DNA of 64,000 bases from the human T2T-CHM13v2.0 reference genome, Homo sapiens. Location: assembly GCF_009914755.1 (NCBI RefSeq), contig NC_060928.1, one strand, 5' to 3'. The position numbers and the translations under genes are program-made. The notes beneath the pieces are model-generated. The model ran no database searches, was not told where the DNA came from, and saw nothing but the letters and a program-made list of their open reading frames with translations. Positions 14,257-28,049 of this stretch are shown piece by piece; the first letter of the stretch is position 1, and every line of letters starts with the position of its first letter.

Positions 14257-14531
14257 CGTATCGATAACGCTTCAAATTGATGCTCAGACAACTTCCCTGC
14301 CTTCCGGTCATAAGCACACAAGTTTACTTAGCCTAAAGAAACTTCTCCTAGTTGTCAATATGATTAAATTATATAAATATTATTTAATTATCTCAAGTTC
14401 TGAAAATAAGATATATTTAACTATGAAGATTTAATAAGGCAAAAGTATAAGGACAGATGAGTTATGTTTTCCATTAAAATACTAGTTTTTAAACTCAGAG
14501 TATTGACACTCTAAAACAATGTTAAAAACAA

Positions 14532-14743
14532 GCTGACCGGGGAGGATTGCTTGAGGCTAGGAGTTCGAGACCAGCTTGGGCAGCATAATGAGACTCCATC
14601 TTAACAAATACATTAAAAACCATTAGGGAGTGTCGTGGTGCAAGCCTATAATCCCTGCTACTCAGGAGGCTGAGCCATGATCACACCACTGCTCTCCAGC
14701 CTAGGTGACAGAGCAAGACCATGTCCAAAAAAAAAAAAAAAAA
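14532..14743 (+). mobile_element. AluJ, 5'-truncated, with a deletion in the right arm
   Basis: ggaggattgcttgaggctaggagttcgagacc (J diagnostic); ggaggctgag joined directly to ccatgatcacacc; poly-A. Confidence 0.85.
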
Positions 14744-14899
14744 TGAAACATAACAACAAAACGTAACACTGTTTCCCCAGTTTCAATTTCTATTATATAA
14801 AAATCCTCATTTGCAGTTTTACAATGCTATCTATATGGCTACCACCTTTTCATTAAATAGTTCTATTGTCTTTATGAACTCTCTCTGACTTGCATTTGG

Positions 14900-15305
14900 C
14901 ATATATTGAGAACTCTTAAAATTCAGTAAAATATACAAAAAACAATACAAACTAGGCAAAATATTTCAGCAGACATTCCACCGAAGAATATACATAAATG
15001 TCAAATATACTTATCAAAGATACTCAGTATCATTAGTCATTAGTGAAATGCAAATTAAACTCAACTAGATACCACAACAAATCTCTTAGAGTGGCTAAGA
15101 AATACTCAAAATACCAAGTGCTAGCAAGAATGCAGACAAACTGGAACATTCAAACACAGGTGTTAGGAAATAGTACAGCCCATTTGAACTATTTGACAGT
15201 TCATTATACACTCGCTATCAAACCAGCCACTCTACTTTTAGGTGTTTGCCCAACTAAAAACTTATGTTTACGCAAAAACCTGCATATCAATATTTATAGT
15301 AGCTT
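14900..15305 (+). mobile_element. Old L1 ORF2 3' fragment
   Basis: tcattagtcattagtgaaatgcaaattaaa...aaaacctgcatatcaatatttatagtagc. Confidence 0.75.
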
Positions 15306-15310
15306 ACACC

Positions 15311-15394
15311 TGTTGGTGCAATAGTAATTGTGTTTTTTTTTAAACAGCATTACTTTCAATGGTAAAAACTGCAATTACTTTTGCACCAAACTAA
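15311..15394. mobile_element. MADE1 (Hsmar1-derived palindromic MITE)
   Basis: gttggtgcaatagtaattg...cattactttcaatggtaaaaactgcaattacttttgcaccaaactaa matches the MADE1 palindrome. Confidence 0.9.
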
Positions 15395-15399
15395 TGTAA

Positions 15400-15710
15400 A
15401 ACAATTTGGGGAGAACTGGCACCTTTACTATGTTGAATGTTCTAATCTATCTGTATTTGATTTTAAAAAATTTCCCTTATTAACATTTTGTAGTTTTCAC
15501 CACGTCAATTCTGTACATGTTTTGTTATATTACTATCTAAGTAGTAAATTTTCTTTGGAATGATTGCAAATGGTAGTTGAGTTTTAATTTCAATTTCTAA
15601 ATATTCCTTGTTTGCATACAAATTGTGATTAAGTTTTGTCTGTTGATCTTGTAACCTGCAGCCTTGGTGAACTCACTTATTGGTTCTAGGAGTATTTTAT
15701 AATATATTTA
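15400..15710 (-). mobile_element. Old L1 ORF2 fragment, opposite orientation to 14900-15305
   Basis: aatttggggagaactggcacctttactatgttga...gttgatcttgtaacctgcagccttggtgaactcacttattggttctagg. Confidence 0.75.
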
Positions 15711-16150
15711 TAGGGCTAGTCTACACACCACCTGTTATGGCGAGGTCCCTCTTGCTGGTTGGTGCACAGCTACCTGGGTATTCCTGGATGTGGGAGTGGG
15801 GTTTCAGGATAAGCCTGGTGGGAGAGTGCTTCTACTGGCCCCTCTATGTTTACTGGGTCCTGATTGATTCCTCTTGCTGGTGGAATCTTGCTTGGTATTA
15901 TTGGAGGGACATGCATTTGATCCAAGGGAGACTTAATCCTTTCTGAGCCACCTTCTTTTGCTAGATTATGGGCTGGGAAACACTTGGCCTGTGTGGCCTT
16001 CTTCTGTTTGGTGGGGGAATATAAGACAAACTGCCATTATAATTTGGCTTTCCTCCAGTCCTAGGATTCCAAATCAGTTTGTCTTCCTCTTCCCTGCTTA
16101 AAACGTTTTCCCTAAGGGTATACAAAAACCTTCATTTTCTGGATTTTACC

Positions 16151-16540
16151 TGTAAGGGATAATTGGAAGGACAGCTGAGTTCAGGCAAGCTGATTTATTG
16201 TCAGTCCTGCCGGGCTACCTCCTGATAAAAGCAGAGGAGGCAGCCCTGCTTTCAGACCATTGCATGGCTTTACAAGGCGAGGAACAGGGTCAGGGTTGGG
16301 GAGCTGAGATGGGTGTGCAGGTGTCTTGACCGCATCCTGGAGATGTTTTTTGCCAGCTTTGTTATGCAAGGTGAACAGACATGTCAACCGCATCCTGTAA
16401 CTGACTGGTTAGTTACTGGAGGGGTCAGTGAAGGGGGGTTTGTCTTTAGCCCTGGGGGAGCTGTGCGGATGTCACAAACGACTGCATTGTAAGACCCATG
16501 GGAAGGGAGGGGGAACAGTCTGGTTGGGGTGACCCTAACA
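16151..16540 (-). mobile_element. Solo LTR, ERVL-class (LTR32-like; family name tentative)
   Basis: TG...CA ends, perfect 5 bp TSD ttacc (16146-16150, 16541-16545), minus-strand AATAAA at ~16194-16199. Confidence 0.8.
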
Positions 16541-16589
16541 TTACCTATCTCTACAAATTCCCTGTCATGTGCTTAAAAAAAAAAAAAAA

Positions 16590-17071
16590 AAAAAAGACAC
16601 CAGCCAGAGTTGACAGGCAAAGACAATTGCAGAGGGAGGCAAGACTATTGCAATAGGGGAGAGAGACTAAATTTAACTCCCCTGAAACAAAAGATGGGAC
16701 AGTTTTTAATGACAAAGTACTAGAGAACTTTGCAGGGAGGTTGGTAAACATGATTCGGCCATCTGTGTTTGCTAATACGTGCTTATCTAAGTTAAGCTCC
16801 TACATTTCTATAGAGACTGGATGAAGGCACTCCATCTTTCTTGGTGTATACTTTTCAAAAGGATGACTCTCAGGACCTGGAGAAAGACATTCCTAGTCTG
16901 TAAAACTTGCAAGAGAAGATTTACATCTCTAAGCTGCAGCGAAAGAATTTACAATTTTAACTTTTCTAAAGTAACTGCTCTAAGAAAAGAGAGATCAAGG
17001 GCCTAGAGTCAGGAAGAAACTTGTCTGAAGTTGAGTCAGGTTCAGGGGAACTTCTAAGGCTGCCTTGGTCA
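16590..17071 (-). mobile_element. MER31-like ERV1 LTR
   Basis: Minus strand begins tgaccaaggcagcctt...ttcttcctgactctaggcc. Confidence 0.7.
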
Positions 17072-17388
17072 GTGCCAGATGACTTAAAATTTCCGGAATG
17101 CCATCTGCTAATTTGCACTTTCTTGTTTTTGCACATGTTGGTTTCTCTGTAAAATATCCTCTCCTCTTTGTTTTCCTGACAGTTTCCTTATTTTGTTTCA
17201 ATAATCTGTTCAATCTTTACCTCTTCTGTGAGGTACACTCCTGGTTACTCCATATCAGTTGATAAGGCACATTTTGTACCACCTTTTTGAAGCATAATGT
17301 TGACTTTCTTTAGAAAGCATATTCTGATGCTTTCAAAAAGACCCAGCCACCTCTTTTTGATCACTTTGTAAAACATAAAATGTCTTTT

Positions 17389-17696
17389 TGTTACAGGACT
17401 TTTCATTAGTTCAGCTCAAGATGAGGTCCTTATCACACAGCTACGAAAATTTAGGCTAGCGGACGATTTGAGGAGTGAAAAAAATGGAAAAGGGGGGAAA
17501 CACAGACTCTCCACAAAGGCAGAGTCCCTGCTGGTGCGCTTCCCGCCTCGCAGTTTGAATCCCAGGTTCCACACAGGAAGAGGAGGGGCTAAGCTCCTCC
17601 CTGCTGCAAAACCCACAGGAACTTCCTGAGTTTCCACCCCAGTGCCCAAGGCCAGCTGGAGTTTTTATGGGGAGTCCTTCCCACTTGTCTGCCTCA
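17389..17696 (-). mobile_element. MER61-like ERV1 solo LTR
   Basis: TG...CA ends with tttt flanks. Minus strand begins tgaggcagacaagtgggaaggactcccc...aaactccagc...cactggggtgga. Confidence 0.7.
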
Positions 17697-17707
17697 TTTT
17701 TGTATAG

Positions 17708-18242
<535 letters not shown>

Positions 18243-18998
18243 TCTCTCATATATATCTATATATGAAACTCTATCCCCACTCATGATGTAAAGCTTGAAG
18301 CTAAGTAAGCACTCAAAAATACTTTAAATTGAATAATTAAAGCAATTTTCACATTGTGTTAAAATTTTAATAATATGTCTCTTCATTCTTGTCTCTGAGT
18401 AACTTGAGTTCATTCATCTTGTGAAAAAGGCCCTAGCACCTTGTCTGGCAGCTGCTTACTGATTATTTAATGAACAAATGGATGAGTAATAATAATTTAT
18501 AAAGCAAAATTATTTTTCCAGAAAAGTAACAATTTTGTATCAAAACTTGGAATGTCATATTAAAGTCCTTAAAAATTAAATTTACTTAAGAATTAAAAGC
18601 CTCAGATTTTATGTTTAAAAGGTAACTATGTCTTTTTTCCTTCAACTATTAATTTTGTTTTTCACAAATGGCCAACTCTTTTTTTTAAATGACTCCTTTT
18701 CTCCTAGAATCAGAAATTGTACTTTGAAAATATACTCTAGATTTAACAATTCAAATAGCCCACTAACACTGACAATTTTGATGTAAAAGAATGATTTTCT
18801 TCTGGGAAATTTTATATTTATGCATTTAAATTTCTCTTGACTGTTTTTCCATGTACTTCAGAAAGCTGTGAATTTTTTTTTCAGCCTTCCACTTTTGTGT
18901 GTAGTTATCAAGTTTTAGCTCATCAAACTGCTGAATTTAAGCTTTATCTGTCTAATTAATATTCTTCAGCAGTTCACAGTCTTCATTTCTCATTTCAG

Positions 18999-19189
18999 GT
19001 TAGAGTACAAAACATGTTCTCCCTGCAGTCTCACGAACTGTGAACAAAAACTGAAGTGAAAACTCATAGTGCATAACTCGTCAATACTCCTGTGATCGTA
19101 TAACCATCAGCAAGAAAACAAATTTGATTGAGCCCCCATCCAGTCCTCTTTGCGTGGAATCAGACCTCTTTTGCAGTGGAAAGGAGCAG
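18999..19189 (+). other. ADAM29: Candidate non-coding 5'UTR exon of ADAM29 (alternative start 19029)
   Basis: Acceptors cttcatttctcatttcag| and ttctccctgcag|, donor CAG|GTAAAA at 19189/19190, in unique GC-richer sequence. Confidence 0.55.
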
Positions 19190-19815
19190 GTAAAACAAAT
19201 AAGCAGAGGCACAAAATCATCACCAAACCAGACTCACTGAAATGCCAACACTGGCATGTGCGCAGACATTTTCTATTCTGGACTTACTTCTAAACAGCAA
19301 TGCCAACAAGCATGAGAGGTGAAAAAATGTGGATAAATACATGTTTGGTTTATTGAACTAGGTCTTATCATATCCAAATTAAAAACAAAAGGCACATCTC
19401 AATTTCAAAATAAGGTTCTGAATTTTAATTCTCAGATTCATTGAATTTCTTTTTGATTCAAAATTCAAACTCTTCTATCGAATATATCCTTTAGATAAAT
19501 TGTCTCCCAAACTCAGCAGCAGATTCTCCCTTTTTCTTGTAGCCACATGAATCTATATATTTTCCCGACCAGAGTCTCCATATATATTGTTGATAGAAAC
19601 ATAACTTTCTATTAACAAAAATTGTTTATGCATATCTACTAATTTCTTACATTGTATTTCCACCAACCAAACATAACCAAGATCACACATATATTCAATC
19701 TTACACTGAGAATACCTTAAAAGCTAATATTTTAAACTTTGTAATTAATTCTGTTTGTCTCTATTTTCATTTAAAAAAAATCTCTCTCGTTAGTACCTAC
19801 CATAATTTATACCCA

Positions 19816-19890
19816 GTCTCTCTCTCTCTGTCACACACACACACACACACAAGCACACATACACACAGTGAGAGGGAGAGTGGGAGAGAC
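19816..19890. repeat. (CT)n(CA)n(GA)-rich microsatellite
   Basis: Seen directly. Confidence 0.9.
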
Positions 19891-20021
19891 TGTTTTGAAT
19901 GTTTTGGTTAATTAACTATAATGTATTTTTCTCATTTGTATTTTATTTAAATTTTCATATTTACTTTCATTGAAATGAAATATTTTTCCACATTTATTTT
20001 TATTGAAATGACAATACATGA

Positions 20022-20321
<300 letters not shown>

Positions 20322-20434
20322 GGAATGACAATATATGAAGTTTTCCTGAATGGGGAGAAAGTATAATCAGAGAGTAAAAATGTAACAATTCTTAGTTTAT
20401 AACTTCAAATATTAGGATCTAGTGGTAAGCTACC

Positions 20435-20660
20435 TCAGTCTATTTGGGCTGCTATAACCAAGTCTGTATCCTCACATGGTAGCAAGGAAGGCCTCACAAG
20501 CTCCCTCAGGCCTCTTTTACAAAGACATTAATCCCATTCATAGGGCCACAGCCCATAGGACCCAATCACTCCCAAAGGCCACACCTCTTAATATTATCAC
20601 ATTGGGGTTTAAGTTTCAACATATGAATTTTGGGGGACACATACATTCAGACCATAGCAT
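20435..20660 (-). mobile_element. MLT1A/MST-like LTR remnant, internally deleted
   Basis: tcagtctatttgggctgctataac...cccaaaggccacacctcttaata...acattcagaccatagca. Confidence 0.75.
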
Positions 20661-21491
20661 AAGCCAAGTAAGGATTTTGAGTGATCTTTTAGGAAGTGGG
20701 ACTATTTTTTCCCATCCTTCTTTTCCCCTTTGTCCAAACTAAATGAAAATTTTGCAGTGAAAAAAGGGGAAAGTCTGAGGAGGAAACCAAAGGGCTAGAC
20801 ACTAATGAGATCTGGGAAAGCAGTTCTTTCGTCTCAAAATTAGCCACAGTATGGAACGATGAAAAGAAAGGATGTCAGGAATCAAAGAATAGATAAGACT
20901 TATTGTGTGTTCATACCTGATCATCTAGGAAACCTAAAAATCTCCCCAAATCTCCTAGGGCCAGGAACATGGATTTGGAACGTCCTCACAGATAGGTCCC
21001 ATGTGATTTGGTCAGATAAGAGGAGCAATCTCACATTTCCTTAACTGGCAGAGAGTGGAAGTTAAGGAACAGAAAGCAAACGGCTCTGAGGATGTTTTGT
21101 AATTGTGATTAGAAGAATCTAGAGAATAAATTAGATTGGACCATAAAGTTAGTGAGCAGAATGGGGTCTGGGATAACAAAAAGCTCTCTGCCTGAAAGTG
21201 TGGAGAATAGGATCCCAGCAGAGGACAGAGCACATCCACAGGGCAGGGGCTTTGCTCCTTCCTCACTATATATAGTGGTCATACAACCTCTTAGAAAAGA
21301 AAATTCTAGAGAGAAGTGAAAGAGAAACTTCTCGAGCTCCCTAAGTGTAAATTTGAAGTGACAAAGAATACTGAAATAATTGAGTTTAACTTGAATTGTT
21401 TATGACTATCTAACATGAGGTGGAAAAGGAGCTTTTGTGATATGTTAAATCATAGAAAAGTCAAGAAGTTACATGCCTACCAAGCTCTATT

Positions 21492-22257
21492 TAAAAAAAA
21501 AACTTTTAGGTTCAGGGGTACACGAGCATGTTTGCTATATAGGTAAACATATGTCACAGGAGTTTGTTGTACAGAATATTTCTTCGCCCAGGTATTAAGC
21601 CTAGTACCCAATAGTTATTTCTCCTAATCCTCTTCCTCCTCCTTTCCTCCATCCTCAAGGAGACCCCAATGTCTATTGTTCCCTCTTTGTGTCCATATGT
21701 TCTCATCCTTAAGCTCCAACTTATAATTGAGAACATGCAGTATTTGGTTTTCTGTTTCTGTGTTAGTTTGCTAAGGATGATGGCCTCCAGCTCCATCCAT
21801 GTTCCTGCAAAAGACATTATCTCTTTCTTTTTTATGCCTGCACAGTATTCCATGGTGCACATGTACCTCATTTTCTTCATCCAGTTTACCATTGATGGCA
21901 TTTAGGTTAATTCTGTGTCTCTACTATTGTGAATAGCGCTGCAATGAACATAGGTGTTCTTGTGTCTTTATAGGAGAATGATTTATATTCCTCTGGGGTA
22001 TACCCAGTAATATGATTGCTAGGTTGAACGGTGCTTCTGTTTTTAGCTCTTTGAGGAGTTGCCACACTGCTTTCCACAATAGTTGAACTAATTTACATTC
22101 CCACCAACAGTGTTCCCTTTTCTCTGCAACATCACCAGCATCTGTTATTTTTTGACTTTTTAATAATAGCCATTCTGACTGGTGTGAGATGGTATCTTAT
22201 TGTGTTTTTGATTTGCATTTCTCTAATGATCAGTCATATTGAGCTTTTTTTCATATG
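21492..22257 (-). mobile_element. 5'-truncated L1 (L1PA13-16/L1PB age)
   Basis: L1 3'UTR and ORF2 C-terminus (ORF 21554..21901, EIMSFAGTWMELEAIILSKLTQ). Imperfect TSD caag(c)tctattt. Confidence 0.92.
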
Positions 22258-22659
22258 ACAAGTCTATTTTTAAGTATCATTAGTGAACTAATTATGAAGT
22301 TTATTACCTTATATTTCTCTTTGATATACCAGCATTATTATGATATAATGCATATATCATAAAGTTTGTAGTTTCTCATTTGCTGATAATTTCAGTATCA
22401 GAAATCTCAAAGAGTTTTAATTTTAATCTCTATTTCCTCCATATTTACCATTTTCTTTCTTTGTATTTTTATTTCTATTTTTTAATGTATAATCTTATTG
22501 TTCAAAACACTTGGGTTTTTCTAGTGTCAATTGCAATCATAATCTTAACTGATACAAATTTTAACGCTGATATTGCAGTTTAATTTTCTATAACCAAAAC
22601 TCTTCTTTTTCAATTCATCTTATTATTTTTTCACTATGAGCCACATGTCTGTTGTGATA

Positions 22660-22770
22660 TTTAAAAGTAACATATCAGAGCTTCATCCCCAGAGATTCTG
22701 ACTCAGATCTGGGGTTTCCCATCTTCCGCAGGAGATGCTGATGCACGGATGGAATTGAAAACCGCTGTTG
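22660..22770. mobile_element. MER5A-like hAT fragment
   Basis: ccccagagattctgactcag...gatgctgatgca...gaaaaccgctg. Confidence 0.6.
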
Positions 22771-23978
22771 TAGTTAACTTTTCAGGGTCTGTCAGTCTTT
22801 TGTCTAGTGAGTCTGTTCATCTGAAATGGGACCTTCAATTTGGCCCACAGCTAACTTTTCTGATATTATAATTAGATGCAAAAAGATAGGTTAAAAGAGA
22901 TATAAACAATTCTCTAGTCCCTTAGAAAGCTGTGAACTAAAGCAAAATTAATACTTTTAGTTCATATTATATTACCTGAATGGATAGAAAGAAAAATGGA
23001 TACACAGATGATAGATAGATACATAATCAATAGAGATAAAGACATAGTACATATTATTGTAACTGTGTTCATATATTATAGGCATCAAAGCTATGAAGAG
23101 CGTGAGCTGCCAGTGTTATAAATTTTTTACCGAAATACCCTAGTTTTACAATTGAGGAGCCCTTGTTTTGAAAACCAGTTAACTTCCTTAGATAAGATCT
23201 CTCTGTTGTCAGTTCTCAAATAAAATAAAGTTATATAACAATAGAAGGGTCTACATATAATACAGGATATGTCATTAGAAATGCATTGAATTCTTATCAA
23301 ATTTCAAGGTACCTTCCCATGTGTAATTCAGAATTTATTGTTAGATTAAAATATGTAAATAAGAAAAACAACATAAACTCAATAAGCCCATGTATACACA
23401 GGACACTTTTGGGACACTATGAGGTTTGGGACCACAGGGAACCATTCTCAGAGATCTTCATCAAGTTAAAATGTTCTATTTTAAAGTAAACCTACTACCC
23501 CATTCGTAGTGAACGTCTAGTAAGATTTTTTTGCTTGTTTATTTTGTTTTTTGTTTTGCCTTTTTCTGCTTTCTGATACAGTTGAGGCTTAGGTATTTAG
23601 GAAGCAATATAAAAATTATCCATATTTACGAAATAGGCAAGTTAATCTGGTTGACTTAATCTATTTAGAAGTTTTGATTCAATAGATTCCCAGTGCTGCA
23701 GTCCTACCATTTACTCTTTCCTTCAAATACTTAACACAGTATTTCACTTCATTATTCATTCAGCAATTATTGAAAAGGCTGTGTGTCTCTGTAAATAGAA
23801 AGATGTAGACTTCTGAGTCAGCAATTTGGGGTTTGCTCCTGGATTACATGAATTACTTATTTATGTGAAGGCTTAGTTTCTTCATTTGAAAAATGGGCAC
23901 TTCTCCAACAAGTTTGCTTACGAGAATTATGTTTGCACTGGTAGAAACATAAAAAGTATGCCTCAGATATTAACTAAA

Positions 23979-24112
23979 TAGAGTGACCATATAATTTACT
24001 GTCCAATCTGGATACTTTTGAGAACAAAAGGAGGTCAATATTAATAAGTACACTGGGACAACAGTTACAAATCACAACAGCCCAGGGCAAAATTGGGATT
24101 CAGGTCAATCTA
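23979..24112. mobile_element. MER81 (hAT-Blackjack) MITE
   Basis: tagagtgaccatataatttactgtcc...ggtcaatcta, degenerate TAGGGTGACC terminal repeats. Confidence 0.75.
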
Positions 24113-24947
24113 ATAAATAATGGCATTGTAGACCTTCAATAACAGCAATTCAGTCTCTTTCATTGTATTCCTCTGAGAGTAGATAGTTTAAATCCAGCAA
24201 TCAACTTGCATTGCGGAAATTCTGTCTCTATAATATCAATGTAATTTCGACTTGAATTCCCAACTAAAAGTAAAAAGTGAAAGAAGTTTTTGAGCAGTTT
24301 TCTTTACCATGTAGAACAAAGAAAAGTGCCTAATTAAGATTTTGAAAGGTCAAAAGTTATTATTATTAATTTATCTTAATTTTTACTGAACGAAAATAAA
24401 TTTGTTACTTATTTGACATTTTTTGGAACAACATTTTACGAAGTTTACTACTTTAGCAGAATATACCATTTCCTAAATTGACTTCCTTTATGTTCTATTA
24501 CCACTGTAAACTTGCCCCCTCACTCCTCCCCTGCCCTGGCAACTCATTATAACTTTAAAAAGTTATTTTATTTTATTGATAAAACATTGCAGTTAAAAAC
24601 TACCTATGTATTTGTTCTAAGTTGCTCCCACTTGTATTTGAATGGCAAGGATAAAATAAAGCCTCCTAAACGGTACTATTTTTTTCATTGTTATTCCACA
24701 TTACAACTAAAATTTACCTTCTATTGAAGCATAAAGTTCATGTCATGTCACCAAAAAGACATGGGCATGATATCCTTATATATTTTTTTCAATTAAGCTC
24801 ATATCACTAAGTGCTATCCTAGGAGGAAAAAATGATTTGGAGAGTGATCTCGTTCAGTTTTAAAGAGCATTTTTATGCCAATATAGAACAATAAGAATTT
24901 ATCATCTGTGATAATATTTTAAATATAATGAGTTCCTCTTATTCCAG

Positions 24948-25028
24948 AGAATGTGACTTTCCTGAACAACAGGAGCAAGAATCAATGCCAGATTCTCTTC
25001 TCTAAAAATAATCAATTTGTTACTACAG
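24948..25028 (+). other. ADAM29: Candidate 81 nt non-coding 5'UTR exon of ADAM29
   Basis: Acceptor ttcctcttattccag|AGA and donor CAG|GTAAAT, in unique sequence. Confidence 0.6.
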
Positions 25029-26739
25029 GTAAATTAATTTCACTTTTTTCACTTCTTAGTACAAGGGGGTTTTAATTTCTATCACAATAAAACACACATT
25101 TTAAATAGATGCCGTGCTATACACATTGACACTTACTTGTTGCATTATGTAGAGAACCAGTAAAATCTTTACTCACAATTTGCCAATAATTTCCATAGAG
25201 CTTTCTTTCTCAATGAAAGAGGTCACTAATTCCTTCACTTCACATCCTAAAGCTAGAATGAATTGTGTCAAGCTGTTAGCCGTCTAGGCCACCAAAAAGA
25301 GTTACGCAAATGATGATGTATTCATTTATAAACACTCCTAGCTATTTTCTCAGCTATCATCAATTTTCCATTCTATTTTTAAAAATCATATTACTTTGAT
25401 ATATTTCTAAAGATTCTTACTGTTGAATCCTAAGTTATTTTACTCTTTTTCAGTTGTCAAAGTTCAAAAACATCTGACTTTTATATTGTGAAAAATAACC
25501 TTTTATAAACCTAAACATCTGTAGTCAGACCAGGCCATCTCTCCCATTTCATCAGGTGATTTCTCAACCAGAATTTCTATACCAAAAACTACAGTATTCT
25601 TTAAGGTTCTCAAACAGATCATATTTCCTTTCCTCTGAATGTCTTCATACATGCTGCTACCTCATTTCTTTACGTACCCTATTCGCCTGGCTAGTTCCTA
25701 AGCATTTCAAATTTCAGAGTATTTTTTTGTTTTCTCAGAAAGCATTTTCTGAGCCTCGGATTGAAGCAGTTCCTATTCCTTATCCAAATCACATTTTATA
25801 CTTTTTCATATAAGAAGGATCTCAGAATAGCAATTAATTAGTGCCTGCCACACCACTTGAATAAGGTATTAAAACATTATGACAAATTGCAATGTTAAAA
25901 GCCAGGAGTGAAAGAAGCAAGTGATACAGGTTAGGGCAAGTTTTTCAGAAATTAATGATATTTCATTGTTTGTAGTCCAACAAAAGTGTGTTGGCAGCTG
26001 CATGGTCTCATGACAATAATAGATATTAGAGATGATGAAAGATTTTCATGACTGCAGCTGAAGAATATGGGGAAATATTCCGACTAGCTATATCTGAAAA
26101 GACATTGGGGACAATAGATTATTTGAAGGGTCTCTAAATACAAATGAACATTTCAGCATGTGGATATGGCCACAAGGAAAATTCTAAGTGGAGATAACAA
26201 ATAAGAAGGAAGATTTAAATATTAAAAAACCAAGAAATCTTGGGGCGGGGCAAGAAGTCTACTAGGTAGCATGAATTATGTGGAAGATATAAAACTACAG
26301 AATTTGGGGAAGTTAACTAAGGATGGAACAGAGAGAAATGGAATGGGAATGTGAAAATTCTGTTCCTAAGTCCAGTAATGCTACCCTAAACCAAAATATT
26401 AGAGAAGTAGATGAGCAATTGAGAAGACTTGAGAGTGAAGGGATGCATGGTGGATTTCTTAAGGTTTTATTTGTAATATCATTTTTATGAAGGAGGAGGA
26501 AAAACTTCTGTATATACAAAAGTGCTCTATGTTTCTCTCCTTTTTTAAATATTCAGACTTTGCTCAGGTTTCATAAAATAATGTTTTCATAAAATGTACA
26601 GCAAAACAAAGATAAACTTATACTACTCAGATGACCTTGTTTTAAGAGATGCTTGTGCCAAATATGAATTACAAGATGATCATGAGATCATCTGAATATC
26701 TTGACTGGGGCTCAGGATAAGAAAACAGGGGATTGTTGG

Positions 26740-27228
26740 TGTAATGTTTTATTAGGGCTGCCATTACAATCTCCACAAATTGGTGGCTTAAAACAACAGA
26801 ATTTCATTCTCCCAAAATGTTGGAGTTGAAGAGTCCAAAATCCAGGTGTCGGCAGGGAAAAGCTCCCTCTGAAGAGACTCTGGGGCAGAATTCTTCCTTG
26901 AATCTTTGAGTTTTTGGTGGCTCAAGGAATTCCTTGGCTTGTGGCAGCATTACTGCAGTCTTTGTCTCCATCATTATATGGGTCTCCACGTGGCCTTCTC
27001 TATTATGTGACCATGTCTTCTCACCTTCTCCTTTCTGATAAAGGCACTTGTCACTAGATTTAGGGCACACCATAATCCAGGAAGATCTCATATCAAGGTC
27101 CTTAACTTACTTATCTGCAAAGAGTCTTTCTGCAAAGAGTCTTTCTTCCAAATAAGAGTACATTCACAGGTTCCTGGGGTTAGGACATGGGACATATCTT
27201 TTTGGGAGCCACCATCCAATCCACCACA
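26740..27228 (-). mobile_element. MLT1C-like solo LTR
   Basis: agggctgccattacaa...ggtggcttaaaacaacagaa...ccaccatccaatccaccaca. Confidence 0.85.
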
Positions 27229-27926
27229 GATAGTAGCACTTCTTTTTTGATCATAGTACTCATAAAGATATACTTTCTTTTCCATTTCCTTTTCTAAGAG
27301 CCCACATCAAAACACTGTCTAATTCATGAAGTACTGATGTCGGCTAAGAAGAGACTTTAATTACCTCCTCCAGAAATCATCTAGAATAAGGAATAGTCAA
27401 AGTTTTATTATTCTGGTTCGAATATTATGAAAATAGGACAGAAAAATGAATCATCAAACAACTGGATATTTTCCCCTTTAATATTTCAAGTATAGATTTC
27501 ACTCCAAGCCAGCATTTGCAAATAAATGCCATTTTTATTTTTAAACAATTTAGAAAATATTTTATCACATACCTTTGAGTGTAAATAATAAATGGGTTTT
27601 GGCAATTGTTCATTAGAATTGAGAGATGTAAAATAATTTATAATATTTCATTTTGAGTTACGTTCATCAATTGTTCACATTTCCTAAAATCAGGACCTCA
27701 TGGAAAAAATAAAATTTACCTACAAAAGCTTAAAAGGCAGATCAGATTTCACAAGGATGGATTATCCAAATAAAAGACACAATACACCTTTAGATGGAAA
27801 GAAACAAACAAGCCTGAGGCTACCAAGTTTATAGTTAACTGGTGGAAAAATAGCCATTTTCTCACATGATTATCAGAAACACAAGACTGATCACAAGTCA
27901 GTGTTGCAAATTTTATGAATACAAAC

Positions 27927-28049
27927 TTTCCTTTTTCTCCCTCTCTTCCTTCTACCCTCCCTCCCTTCCTCTCTCCTTCCTTCCTTTCCTCCCTACCTCC
28001 CTACCTTTCTCCATCCTTTCTTTCTTCCTTCCCCCCTTCTTTCCCTTTT
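27927..28049. repeat. CT-rich (CCTT/CCCT)n polypyrimidine tract
   Basis: Seen directly. Confidence 0.9.

Noticed and set aside
15680-15946. 88 aa Trp-rich hydrophobic ORF as a membrane microprotein
   Set aside because: Non-ATG start, begins in L1 sequence, no recognisable family or splice context.
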